64,000 nucleotides of DNA from a virus, in the IMG/VR virus record IMGVR_UViG_3300049255_000083, positions 13,952 to 77,951 of that record; one strand, given 5' to 3'. The notes under the pieces were generated by a model. That model was not told the origin of the DNA, made no database searches, and saw only the letters and a program-made list of their open reading frames with translations. Position 1 is the first letter of the stretch. Each line of letters begins with the position of its first letter. Made by a program: the position numbers and the translations under genes. This document shows, in pieces, positions 29,101 through 37,421 of the stretch.

Positions 29101-30420
29101 CTTGGCCGGGATGACCGTCGTGTCCGTGACCGGGTTGCAGGTCGCGAGGTAATACTTCGCGTCCACCAGGAGCCCGGTGATCTGGGAGCTGTTGAACTGC
29201 GTGCCGCCCGTCGAGGTCGAGCCAGCGGCGACCGTGAAGCTCGTACCCCACGAGATGATGCTCGTGTCGGCCGTGGGGTTCGAGACCACGAAGTCGACGT
29301 TCTGGATGTAGTCCGCGCGACCCGGCGAGATGCCGCACCGGAGGACCGTCGTCACGAGGCTGTTCGGCAGGTAGTCGAACGTGTTCTGCCAGGTGTTCGC
29401 GAAGTACTGGATCGTGACCGTCGTGCCAGGCGCCGGAGCGTAGGGCAGCGTCACGATGCCGTTCGAGCCGTCCACGGCGCTCGCGATGACCTGGGCGTTG
29501 TTGACCTTGACGACGACCTTGCTCGGGTCCGTCGTGGTGACGCCGCCGCCCGTCCCGTCCACGATCGGACGCTGGAACACGCGGAACTGCGTGTTGCGGT
29601 TCGTCTGCGTGTTGGCCGTCCACCCGAGAACCCCGTTCGCCGTGCCCGATCCGATCTGGAGGGACGACGGAGCCGTGAGCTGGAGGTGGTTGAGGCCCTG
29701 GCCGTCCGTGTAGACGGACGCCTGGAGGTTCGCGATGGACGCCGCGTTGAGCGCCGTAGCGAGGTTCGACGCGGTGATCGCCGTCCCGGCCGGGAACGTC
29801 ACGGTGCTTGAGACACCGTTGACGAGCACCGTGAACTGGTCGTTCGAGCCCGCCGTGATCGCGAACGGCTCGTACCCTGGCGAGATGAGCGAGGCTTGCG
29901 CCTGCGTCACCTGCGCCGACACGTCATCCGTGAAGCTCGTGTCGCCGCGGTGGAAGTAGTACGTGCAGAGCACGTGATCGGTCGGCTGGGTCGGCACCTG
30001 GAGGGTGACGATGCCCTTCGCACCGTTGACCGCCCCGACCGAAACCGGCACGCCGTTGACCGTGACGGTCACCGTCTGCGGGTTGTTGGTCACGCGGCCG
30101 ATGCCCGTCCCGTCCGTGACCGGGAAGTTGCGGACGACGAACTGCGTCAGGGTGCCGGTTTGGGCGCCGAGCACGAGGTTGTTCGGGTTCGTCGCGTTGA
30201 CGACCCACTGGAGGCTCACGTCCTCGTTGACGATCTGCTGGTCGAGGGTCGCCGACGACCCGCGGACCAGTTCGAGGTCGTCTTGCTCCAGCGTCTCCTG
30301 CCCAACCCCGATGACAAACGGGATGCGAAGCCCGGCGACGATGTTCGCGACGTTGGCTTCGGTCAGCGTCCTCGTGTAGACGCCGGGCGGGACGTAGGTG
30401 ATGAACGGTCCGAGCGACAT
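26131..30420 (-). CDS. Contractile tail sheath protein with many inserted domains, 1429 aa
   Basis: N-terminal YVPPGVYTRTL; C-terminal QIADFVQQQSRQALDQFVG...YYQPIFPLEYLVLTFNL, typical of sheath termini. Confidence 0.9.
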   Translation of the reverse strand: MSLGPFITYVPPGVYTRTLTEANVANIVAGLRIPFVIGVGQETLEQDDLELVRGSSATLDQQIVNEDVSLQWVVNATNPNNLVLGAQTGTLTQFVVRNFPVTDGTGIGRVTNNPQTVTVTVNGVPVSVGAVNGAKGIVTLQVPTQPTDHVLCTYYFHRGDTSFTDDVSAQVTQAQASLISPGYEPFAITAGSNDQFTVLVNGVSSTVTFPAGTAITASNLATALNAASIANLQASVYTDGQGLNHLQLTAPSSLQIGSGTANGVLGWTANTQTNRNTQFRVFQRPIVDGTGGGVTTTDPSKVVVKVNNAQVIASAVDGSNGIVTLPYAPAPGTTVTIQYFANTWQNTFDYLPNSLVTTVLRCGISPGRADYIQNVDFVVSNPTADTSIISWGTSFTVAAGSTSTGGTQFNSSQITGLLVDAKYYLATCNPVTDTTVIPAKVSATQFVLPEIPTTGNGRDTTLGQTLFNTVTNSRLDLVTNRPDLVQVYAGRGLRDALNRPKQTVTVVDGVNRTITLQNPIPPDWTVFATFYYNHVSDDTYVLACQVPGPVGTGQYTVTDSASGQNLYQVLFGTKTGISETIQWPRGSETIPDAFHTGSGTPVSETVTVTFGQEPAANAAFTNRSAEPYNFFSPYSATWSMGVNGTPFTANLDAAAHGYIVSGHLTPDSGGHITVDASPNNVLDLLIDGVDVQVTLTAGAHTPTAIVAAINAAIDANAAFSGTAPNNLASFAQIGGSTGDVFFIVKSYTAPGALPGGFDAVSAVKVNSATTVTTSNEPGTNTFLGFTMFQSGAGTPGAVNKPATLLGSIAGPFNITTGLNDQFVLSVNGIQYTVTLPGGSVTISAVVGAINAVPGLSGVASDGTLGNAGKLRLTSPSNDAKSALLIGNGSANAVLGFTTNTAASQQQVKAQEVVDELLSQGLVAAGGVAYVDAINGANYITFESLTTGAAASSISFLNSSAFNTSTNIGLTPGVDGDNGEDVLENYTVTSSAGAAGSSGTGIPGVTFTAAQTGLRFTVLPAQTGSYDLGGSFTMTVSQTFQVNPARPWYAIPGLETTVSNTVGVNVADTGTIQTFNPSGVAPGIGDFYFLSYQYMKQDFSPAIYRQLSSIEAAFGTVSASNRVSLAAYLAILNGSLLVGIQQVLKVPNTNQASDTSFINAIQGLQTPLPGNIKPDIIVPLATSTAVYSYLTQSCETMSLIQNQSERMGFIGFASGTTPQTAQSVAQSLVSSRIVAFYPDSSIITLTDELGNATESVVDGTFFAAAVAGAVVSPSVDVATPYTRRRLQGFTSIPRTLDPVTANQTAVAGVTLIEALTNLVRIRQGLTTNMQSVLTRLPTVTQIADFVQQQSRQALDQFVGTKFLSTRTNEVNVTMTALFKQLVQAEIVGAFTGISSSISPDDPTVLLFEAYYQPIFPLEYLVLTFNLRAQI

Positions 30421-30542
30421 GGAGTTCCCTCAGAGGTTGAAAGTCGTCTGGGTCTGGATTTGATGAGGGACCGGCAAGGTATCGGATATGGATCGGGGTC
30501 TGAGTCCTCGGGGCCGTACTCCAGCCTCCTACCGAGAGGGGG

Positions 30543-30555
30543 TATCGAAAGACTA
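30543..30555 (-). promoter_or_regulatory. Candidate late-promoter motif TAGTCTTTCGATA upstream of the sheath gene
   Basis: Copy of the recurring motif, about 120 nt before the sheath ATG. Confidence 0.45.
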
Positions 30556-30993
30556 GCGGCCCTCTCGAGTCTCCTTGGCCGCCTGGAGCCGGGAGAGGGC
30601 GGTTTTCGCCAGATTGCGGCGGGCTTCCCGGCCGGCGGGGTTCAGGCCCTCGTACTCCACGTAGTTGTCGCCCGTCCGGCGCATGAGCGCCGGGCTACCA
30701 CCTTGCGCCCGCACCTGCTGCTTCACCTTGTCCCGTTCGGCGTAGTGCGCCCACCTCCGCTCCGCATCCCGGCCCACCGCGTGGTCGGCGGTCGGGTAGT
30801 CTTCCTTGTGAACGCCCGAGTTGCCCTCTTTGGCCGGGTCGCCCTTGAACCCGAAGGCGAAACCCTCGAGGACGCGCGGGGCAAGTTCCCCGCAAGCCGG
30901 ACATTCGAAGCTCGGCCAGTTTTCCTGCTTGAGCGTGCGCTCGAAGCGAAGGTTGCACCCGTCGTGCTGGCATTCGAACGTGTACTTCGGCAT
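30553..30993 (-). CDS. FmdB-family zinc-ribbon protein
   Basis: MPKYTFECQHDGC...FECPACG. Confidence 0.8.
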   Translation of the reverse strand: MPKYTFECQHDGCNLRFERTLKQENWPSFECPACGELAPRVLEGFAFGFKGDPAKEGNSGVHKEDYPTADHAVGRDAERRWAHYAERDKVKQQVRAQGGSPALMRRTGDNYVEYEGLNPAGREARRNLAKTALSRLQAAKETREGR

Positions 30994-31002
30994 GGCCCAT
31001 CC

Positions 31003-32151
31003 TCATTTGATCTTCTCGAAGGCCGAGTTCCGGCCCGCGAGTACAGGTACGGTCGCGAAGAAAAGGTCGGAGGCTGGCTGCTGGTCCGGCCTCGGAATCG
31101 TCTGCTCGATGCGCTGGATCGTGAGCGGCAGCGGGATGTGGATTTCCCAGTCGGCGCGTAGCTGCACCGAGACGGTCGAGTTGTAGTACATGAGGTCGGC
31201 CGTCTCGTCGTAGGTCTCCTCGACTTCTCCGCCCATGGACACGTCGAGGATCTCGATGCCCTCGAATTCGAGGATGGGTTTCTTGACGCCCCAAAGGGAC
31301 ATCACCGTGAAGTCCGTGACCTCCTCCATTTGAACCGGGTCCTGGGAGATCACGTTCAGCTCGAACGTCAGCTCGTACTTCCCGCCGTAGGCGTTGGCCG
31401 CGTCCACGCGGTCGGGGTAGACGACCACGGCCACCTTGTCGCCTTTCTTGGCGCGCTTCCCGAACGCGAGCACGACGCCGGGAAGCGTCGTGAAGTCCGC
31501 TTGGTTCCACTGGAACTTGATGGGCTGCGTCGAAGGCTGCGGGTAGCGATAGTCGGCGTTGAGGACAGTCTCCGGCGCGAAGTTGCGGAGGAGCGAGATG
31601 CTCCCGTTCTCGTAGTTCACCGAGAAGTCGGTCCCCTCGACGAGCTGGACCCGGTGGTTTGCCCAAAGGCGGACCGTGCCCTTGAGGGGCACGTTCTGTA
31701 GCTGGGCTTCACGCTCGACCCCGGTCACGAACTGGAGCAAGGCTTCGTCCGTGACCGTGAGGAGCGGGTCGATGACGTACCATCCGTACTCGCTCGCGTT
31801 CTCGGGCGCGTGGAGGATCTCGATGTAGTAGACGCCGGCCGCCGTGGGAAAGTACCCGTGCTCGGCGACGCACCGAAGATCCTCGCGTACCCACTCCAGC
31901 GGGTACGTAGGCGTTCCGATGTACGCGAGCATGACGTGGCTCTGGACCGTGCCGATGAAGTTGTCCCCGGCGAGCGCTACCTTGTTCGCCGAACTCCCTT
32001 TGACGACGATCCCGTACTGCGGACGCTCCGTGAAGACGAACTTGTTTTCGATGAACGGAACGATCTTGTTGTAGACGGGATGCCGCTCGAAGCTGTCCTT
32101 CAGCTCCAAGATGAGGCGTCGCTTGAGGGAGTTGACGAGGTAGTAGTACAC
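31003..32151 (-). CDS. Tail terminator/sheath-stabiliser-like protein, 382 aa
   Basis: Position between neck and sheath; YELTFELNVISQDPVQMEEVTDF completion-type segment. Confidence 0.6.
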   Translation of the reverse strand: MYYYLVNSLKRRLILELKDSFERHPVYNKIVPFIENKFVFTERPQYGIVVKGSSANKVALAGDNFIGTVQSHVMLAYIGTPTYPLEWVREDLRCVAEHGYFPTAAGVYYIEILHAPENASEYGWYVIDPLLTVTDEALLQFVTGVEREAQLQNVPLKGTVRLWANHRVQLVEGTDFSVNYENGSISLLRNFAPETVLNADYRYPQPSTQPIKFQWNQADFTTLPGVVLAFGKRAKKGDKVAVVVYPDRVDAANAYGGKYELTFELNVISQDPVQMEEVTDFTVMSLWGVKKPILEFEGIEILDVSMGGEVEETYDETADLMYYNSTVSVQLRADWEIHIPLPLTIQRIEQTIPRPDQQPASDLFFATVPVLAGRNSAFEKIK

Positions 32152-32153
32152 GC

Positions 32154-32492
32154 TCAGGTCCCGACTTTTTCGTCAGTCCCGTCCCACACGAACTCGCCGT
32201 CCTCGCCCACGGGGAAGTGCGTGCCGCACGCGCAGCAGAACGTGCCGTTGTAGAACTTGGGGTTGCGAGCGTAGGTCTCCGCGAGGGCCGTGCCCATGGT
32301 CGTCACGGAACCGCACTTGAGGTGGATGTACGACCGTCGCACCGGACGGACGAAACCCTTGGCGCGCTCCTCGGCCGTGAGGACGAGGTAGTCGACCTGC
32401 TGGCCGTCGGGACGGAGTTTCGTGTGCTCCCCGTAGGGGGTGCCATGGATGGTCTCGGCTTCCCCTTGCCCGGTGACGATCTTGCTGCTCAT
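32154..32492 (-). CDS. Small Zn-binding hypothetical protein, 112 aa
   Basis: HLKCGSVTTM...FCCACGTHF; ATGA-coupled to the actin-like gene. Confidence 0.7.
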   Translation of the reverse strand: MSSKIVTGQGEAETIHGTPYGEHTKLRPDGQQVDYLVLTAEERAKGFVRPVRRSYIHLKCGSVTTMGTALAETYARNPKFYNGTFCCACGTHFPVGEDGEFVWDGTDEKVGT

Positions 32493-33508
32493 CCGGCGTG
32501 CTCCTCCATCGCGAGGACGAGGAGACCTTCGGCCACGGCCGTCATCGGGTCCTTGGCCATGCGGATCTCGGAGATCTGGATGGGAAAGCCCTTCTTCTTC
32601 ACCTGCTCGAACTCGTCCTTGAAGACGGCCTCGAACCCGATGGCGCGAGTCGTTCCGCCCGAGATGATGAACGGGATGGGCTCGGGGAGGCTGATGGAGT
32701 TCTGGACCTTGCGGAACTGCACCGCGATGTTGTCGAGGCAGTACCGAATGAGGGCGCGGATGTAGAGCGCGATGGCCTCGGCCTCGCGGTCCCCGCCCGT
32801 GTGCGCGAGGTCCACGCCCTTCTCCTTGGTCGCGCACACGCGGGCGGCCGTGCTCCCGAGGGCCTTGGCCGCATGCTGGTCGATCCAGTCGCCTCCGCGG
32901 GCGAGCGAGAAGTCCATGCCCTTGACGGTCTGGAACGAGAGGGCGACGTTGCACATGCCCGAGCCGAACGACACGGCGAGGCCGGAGAAGTTCGTGTCGG
33001 CGCACTGCGAGTAGATGATCGCCATCGACTCGTTCATCGGGTGCGGCGTGTACCCGTGCTCGGAGATGATCTTGCGGAACACCTCCTGGTGGTAGATGAC
33101 GTCCTGGTCGGGGTCGTCGATGGGGCTCGCCGGAACCGAGTAGAAGCAGTGCTCCTTTTCCACGGTCGGCTCTTGGAGGACGTGGAAGACAAGGAGGCTC
33201 AGGATCTGCTGGGCTTCCAGTTCGCCAGCGGAGATCACACCGCGCGAAAGCGGCCGGCGAACCTCGCGCTTGAAGAGGTTCGCCATGTTGAGGGCGCTAT
33301 CGCCGAGGACGACGAGATTGCCGTCCTTCTCAACGTAGTTCACCTTCGAGAGCCGGAGCGTCTTCTTCGCCTCGAGGTCGAGGTCGATGAAGGCGTCACG
33401 GATTCGCGAGGTCTCGACGCTATCGCCCTTGAGGGTGCTACGCGCCGAAACGATGTTCATGGTTCCGACGTCGAGTCCGACGCCGGGCTTGTACTTGGTG
33501 TCTCCCAT
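32489..33508 (-). CDS. Actin-like ATPase (MreB/FtsA/ParM superfamily), 339 aa
   Basis: Phosphate 1 GLDVGTMN, connect 1 NESMA, phosphate 2 VSFGSGMCNV, adenosine ISGGTT, connect 2 DPMTAVAEG. Confidence 0.88.
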   Translation of the reverse strand: MGDTKYKPGVGLDVGTMNIVSARSTLKGDSVETSRIRDAFIDLDLEAKKTLRLSKVNYVEKDGNLVVLGDSALNMANLFKREVRRPLSRGVISAGELEAQQILSLLVFHVLQEPTVEKEHCFYSVPASPIDDPDQDVIYHQEVFRKIISEHGYTPHPMNESMAIIYSQCADTNFSGLAVSFGSGMCNVALSFQTVKGMDFSLARGGDWIDQHAAKALGSTAARVCATKEKGVDLAHTGGDREAEAIALYIRALIRYCLDNIAVQFRKVQNSISLPEPIPFIISGGTTRAIGFEAVFKDEFEQVKKKGFPIQISEIRMAKDPMTAVAEGLLVLAMEEHAG

Positions 33509-33530
33509 CTTTCATCTCCGTTTTCATCTC

Positions 33531-33548
33531 GAAGGCCGACCGGCCTTC
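33531..33548. promoter_or_regulatory. Perfect GC hairpin GAAGGCCG-AC-CGGCCTTC just upstream of the actin-like gene
   Basis: 8-bp inverted repeat; no U tract. Confidence 0.45.
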
Positions 33549-33558
33549 CCTGAGGGCC

Positions 33559-34362
33559 TCACCCAGACTTCCACCGGGGGTCGTTCGAGCCGACCTTCTG
33601 GCGGTCGTAGGATTCGGCCGTCTTCTGCGAGGCACGCTGCTTGAGGAGGTAGACGTGTTCCTCGTGCTTGTCGGCCACGCCCTGGAGCAGGTTGTCCATG
33701 CCGTGCGAGAGCAGGCCGTGCTGCTCGAGGGCGCCGTAGACCAGCTTGAGGACGATGAGGGTGCGCAAAACCGCTCGGAGCGAGAGAAGCGCATGCTCGT
33801 CGGGGGTCGGGTTCGGCGGGGCGTCGGCGTAGAACGACTGGACGACGGCGGACACGTGCTTGGCGTGAAGCACCGGGTGCGCGAGAATCGTGTTGCCCGC
33901 GCCCACCATGCGCTCGGCCACCTTGTCGATGTCCTCGACCACGCCCTCGTAGAGCCGGTCGAAGAGGAGGTGGTCACCGTAGTAGTTCGGGCCCTGGGAC
34001 TGCCAGTGGTGCGCCTGGTGGATGAGAGACTCGCCGCGGAGGAACGCGAGAAGCACGGAGAGGAGGCTCATCGGCATGTCGCCAAAGTCCGCCTTGATGT
34101 GCTGCATGATGACGAGGAGCGTCGTCGCCGCATCGGCGCCCGTCTTCTCCACAAGAGGGCGAACCTCGTCCTTGAGGGTCTTACGGTTCGCCGCGACCTT
34201 CGTCGCTTCGTCGGGCAGGTACGGCGGCCCGTGACGCAGAAGATCATAGGTCGTCGGGTCGTGCCAGATCGCGTACACGGCGTCGGCGTGCAAACCGGAG
34301 TAGGGGTCTTCGACCGGGACCCCGCCCTCGCGCAGCTTGTCCTCATCGGTCGGCATGCTCAC
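33559..34362 (-). CDS. Dps/ferritin-like protein with N-terminal extension
   Basis: HQAHHWQSQGPNYYGDHLLFDRLYEGVVEDIDKVAER...DKHEEHVYLL matches the Dps ferroxidase pattern. Confidence 0.8.
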   Translation of the reverse strand: MSMPTDEDKLREGGVPVEDPYSGLHADAVYAIWHDPTTYDLLRHGPPYLPDEATKVAANRKTLKDEVRPLVEKTGADAATTLLVIMQHIKADFGDMPMSLLSVLLAFLRGESLIHQAHHWQSQGPNYYGDHLLFDRLYEGVVEDIDKVAERMVGAGNTILAHPVLHAKHVSAVVQSFYADAPPNPTPDEHALLSLRAVLRTLIVLKLVYGALEQHGLLSHGMDNLLQGVADKHEEHVYLLKQRASQKTAESYDRQKVGSNDPRWKSG

Positions 34363-34910
34363 GCCTTCCAGGCCGGATCGTCCGATGCGTGCTTCTTCTT
34401 CGGCTTGGCCTTGGGCGCACTCTGCTTCGGGCCAGGGGCCGCGCCGGGGCTCTTCTCGACCTGCTTGAGTTCCTTCTGGACTTCCGACATCTGGAACTTC
34501 TCGGGACGCTGCGGGACGCTCTTGCCCGAGTAGGGCGAGTGGACGTTCTGCATGCGAGTCGGAAGGAAAAACTCCTTGCCCGAGTCCTCGTCGACGTACT
34601 TCCAGAGGACCGGAGCCGACGCGAGCTTGCTCACGAGCGCCTGGGCCGCCGCCAGGACCGGCATGGCAGGGCCTTCGACCTGGCGGAGTTCCTTCTGCAC
34701 CTCGGGGATCTGGTAGCGCTCGGGGTGCTGTGGGGCCGACTTGCCCGAGAACGGCGAGTGGACGGTCGGAAGACGAACGGTGAGGAAGAATTCCTGGTTC
34801 GAATCGGGGTCCACGTACTTCCAGAGAACCGGCGTTGCCGCCTCCTTGCCCGCGAGCTTCTGCGTCAGGTTCTCGGCTTGGCTCAGCAAAGCGGCTTGGC
34901 GGGGGTGCAT
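34359..34910 (-). CDS. Protein with two tandem Cys-free zinc-ribbon-like domains, 183 aa
   Basis: PVLWKYVD(P/E)DS..EFFL..R...VHSP(F/Y)SGKS.PQ.PE..Q..EVQKEL x2; start reassigned to ATG 34910. Confidence 0.75.
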   Translation of the reverse strand: MHPRQAALLSQAENLTQKLAGKEAATPVLWKYVDPDSNQEFFLTVRLPTVHSPFSGKSAPQHPERYQIPEVQKELRQVEGPAMPVLAAAQALVSKLASAPVLWKYVDEDSGKEFFLPTRMQNVHSPYSGKSVPQRPEKFQMSEVQKELKQVEKSPGAAPGPKQSAPKAKPKKKHASDDPAWKA

Positions 34911-34941
34911 GAAGACGGTCTCCTTCTCAAACCGGCGGGAG

Positions 34942-34953
34942 ATAGAACGACTA
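34942..34953 (-). promoter_or_regulatory. Degenerate candidate late-promoter motif TAGTCGTTCTAT
   Basis: Same position (starting at the upstream stop) as other copies. Confidence 0.3.
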
Positions 34954-35493
34954 CCGAGTCCCACCCTTGCGGAACTTTCGGAGCGCCGCGCCGGCCCCCG
35001 CAACCCCCGACCCTTCCGAGGTTTCGGACTTGACATCCACGTGGGCCTCGACGTCCTTCGGCTTGATCTCCGAGGGGATGTACGTCGGAACCTCGATTTC
35101 GACGACGTCGGACGCCGGCTTGCCGGACGGCGCGGCAGCCGGAGAGCCAGGCGCCACCTGACCGCACGCAAGCATCCCGAGGATGGCATCGAGCTTCCCC
35201 CCGTGCGTATCGAGGGCCGAGCGGAGCATGCGGTTTTGCTCGACGAGGTGACGGTTCTCTTCGCGAAGGCGGTCGACTTCTCCGTCCGGCGCCGGCGGCG
35301 GGGTCGCTTGTCGAGGCACGTCGCGCGGGTCCAACTGGAAAAGCATGCCCTGGGCGATGAGACGCCACAGGTCCTTGCTCTTGGCAGCCTTCAAGGCAGG
35401 GATGGTCACCGTCGCCCGATGGGGGACGTCCATGGCGATGTCCTCGATGAGGACGGTCTGCATCTTGAGACCGAGGACTCGAACGTCACTCAT
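34951..35493 (-). CDS. Coiled-coil hypothetical protein, 180 aa
   Basis: EVDRLREENRHLVEQNRML heptads. Confidence 0.7.
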   Translation of the reverse strand: MSDVRVLGLKMQTVLIEDIAMDVPHRATVTIPALKAAKSKDLWRLIAQGMLFQLDPRDVPRQATPPPAPDGEVDRLREENRHLVEQNRMLRSALDTHGGKLDAILGMLACGQVAPGSPAAAPSGKPASDVVEIEVPTYIPSEIKPKDVEAHVDVKSETSEGSGVAGAGAALRKFRKGGTR

Positions 35494-35990
35494 CGCCGAG
35501 AAATGGCCCTCCTAGCCTGGTTCACGTACTCCCTGTAGAGCTTGTCCCGCATGAACGCCCGCGCTTCCTGGCGGGCCTTCTCGAGGAAGGTGCTCGGGGT
35601 CCGGCCGGGGTGCATCCACTTGCCGTCCGCCATCGACTTCGGCGTGGCCGAGCGGAAGATGAGTTCCCCCGTCTCCGTGATGATGGGGATGGGCCGCTTG
35701 GCCTTGGTGAGCCACGTCATCTGCCCGGCGCGCTGCCCTCCGACGATGTACCGGAACGCCGGGTGCTTCGCGATGATGAGGAGGCTCGACGGCTGAACTT
35801 TGATCTCGATGGTCCTCGCGAGGGCCTTCTTCGCACGCTCCGAGAAAGTTTCTTGTGTGAGCTTGGCCTTGATCCGCTTGAGCATTTCGTTGCGCAGGCG
35901 GCGCAATGCGGAGGTCGGATCGATGTTCTTGAAGTCGCCCGTGAGCGGCCTGAGGTACGTCGTCTTGACCTTGAAGATCGGGCCGGGCAT
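35490..35990 (-). CDS. Basic neck/tail-completion protein (HK97 gp10-like), 166 aa
   Basis: Start reassigned to ATG 35990; basic, ends HPGRTPSTFLEKARQE; follows the head-closure gene. Confidence 0.55.
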   Translation of the reverse strand: MPGPIFKVKTTYLRPLTGDFKNIDPTSALRRLRNEMLKRIKAKLTQETFSERAKKALARTIEIKVQPSSLLIIAKHPAFRYIVGGQRAGQMTWLTKAKRPIPIITETGELIFRSATPKSMADGKWMHPGRTPSTFLEKARQEARAFMRDKLYREYVNQARRAISRR

Positions 35991-35991
35991 C

Positions 35992-37386
35992 TCAGTACTC
36001 GATGTTCTCCCACACGGGGGTACGGCCTCGGAGCTGCTCCTCGACGGGGACGTCTGGCTTGTTGGTGATCGCCGTCGAGGCTTCCTGCTCGGGGCCTGAC
36101 GGCTTGAACTCGACGTAGGTGTACTTGCGCGGCTGGTCCATCGGCACGCGGTAGCGGATGTCCTTCTCGTCGATGTGCCCGATGGTGAAGTGTTGCTGGA
36201 GCACCATGCCGCGGTTCGACGGCAGCCGGACCGCCCCAATCGAGTACCTGTCGCCGTTGAGCTTCACGAGGAAGTCCCGGTGGCGAAGTAGCGGCGAGGG
36301 ACCCGTCCACACCTCATACGAGTGTTCGACGGTCCGCCCGATGTCCGACTGCCGCACGCGCCGGTCGCCGTCGTCGGGCGCGATGATGGCGTCGAACGGA
36401 CCGTCGTAGCCGCCGACGAAACCGACGCCGTAGCATAGGGGGTCATCGTTGATGGGCTGCCCGTGGTAATCGTCGGGGATGCACGGGCAAGGGATGCCGT
36501 TCGTCTTCTGGAGAAAGAACTTCACACGCTCGCCTCCCTGCTCGAGGATGAAGCGGTTGCGACGAACGGCCTCCCGCCAGATGTAGTCGAGCTTCTCGAT
36601 CTCGTAGTTCGAGACCTGCGTGGCCTCTTCGAGCGGGGTCTCGATGAGGTCCTGCGGCTGCACGGTCGAGAGCGGCACGTTGATGGGGATGCCGACCGCC
36701 GTGATCCGGTAGAAGACACGCACCATGAGGTCCGTGCGGAGGAGTTTCCTCAGCCGGACATACGAGCACGTGACCCTGCTCCCCGGTTTGGGGATGACGA
36801 ACTGCTGGTAGGTCTGCGTACCCGGCTCGTAGGTCGCCTGATTGACCCCGTGCCACGACGGGTCGTAGGGGTAGCCGGCGTCGATCTCGACTTCGCCAGT
36901 GCGCCCGTAGACGCGGAGTACCCGAGCTTCCTGCCCATCGACGAACACACGCACGTCCTCGGGCTCGTGGGCAAACACGCCCTGCGAGCCCGACTTGATG
37001 ATGGGGTTGTAGAGCGTCTTGAAGACGTACCGAGGGGCGTCGGAGCCGGACGCGGAGCACTCCCCGAAGAGGACGAAGTTGTCGCTCACGTCCTCTTCGA
37101 CGATGCGCTCCGTGTCCGTCCTGTCCCGCCAGAAAGTCGAGCCCACCGGAACGCTCGTGACGCGCTCGTAGGGACCAAACTCCGAGTCGAAGCTCCGGTA
37201 GACGTTCACCCCACAGAGCACGAACCGGCTGTTGAGCGAGAGCGTCGCCGGGTCATCCCACTGGATGTCGTAGACGCCTGGATGAAACCCGCTCGTGAGG
37301 AAGACGTTGAGCGGTGGAGCCGGCCAAGGGGTCTTGGTCAGCTCCAGCTCGGTCGGGCGGCGGTCCCTGTTGCTCGCGTAGGGCAT
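35992..37386 (-). CDS. Neck/head-closure protein (gp14-like) with N-terminal FN3-like domain, 464 aa
   Basis: EQGGERVKFF...CPC...CYGVGFVGGY...HRDFLVKLNGDRYSI. Confidence 0.65.
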   Translation of the reverse strand: MPYASNRDRRPTELELTKTPWPAPPLNVFLTSGFHPGVYDIQWDDPATLSLNSRFVLCGVNVYRSFDSEFGPYERVTSVPVGSTFWRDRTDTERIVEEDVSDNFVLFGECSASGSDAPRYVFKTLYNPIIKSGSQGVFAHEPEDVRVFVDGQEARVLRVYGRTGEVEIDAGYPYDPSWHGVNQATYEPGTQTYQQFVIPKPGSRVTCSYVRLRKLLRTDLMVRVFYRITAVGIPINVPLSTVQPQDLIETPLEEATQVSNYEIEKLDYIWREAVRRNRFILEQGGERVKFFLQKTNGIPCPCIPDDYHGQPINDDPLCYGVGFVGGYDGPFDAIIAPDDGDRRVRQSDIGRTVEHSYEVWTGPSPLLRHRDFLVKLNGDRYSIGAVRLPSNRGMVLQQHFTIGHIDEKDIRYRVPMDQPRKYTYVEFKPSGPEQEASTAITNKPDVPVEEQLRGRTPVWENIEY

Positions 37387-37421
37387 CGAAACTCCCTACA
37401 ACAGCGACCCGAAAAGAAGAG

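Noticed and set aside
26059-29811. Very long plus-strand ORFs (also 489..2108, 7841..10330, 22604..26140, 59288..61291 and others)
   Set aside because: Antisense shadows of high-GC3 minus-strand genes; R/G/V/D-rich with no recognisable motifs.
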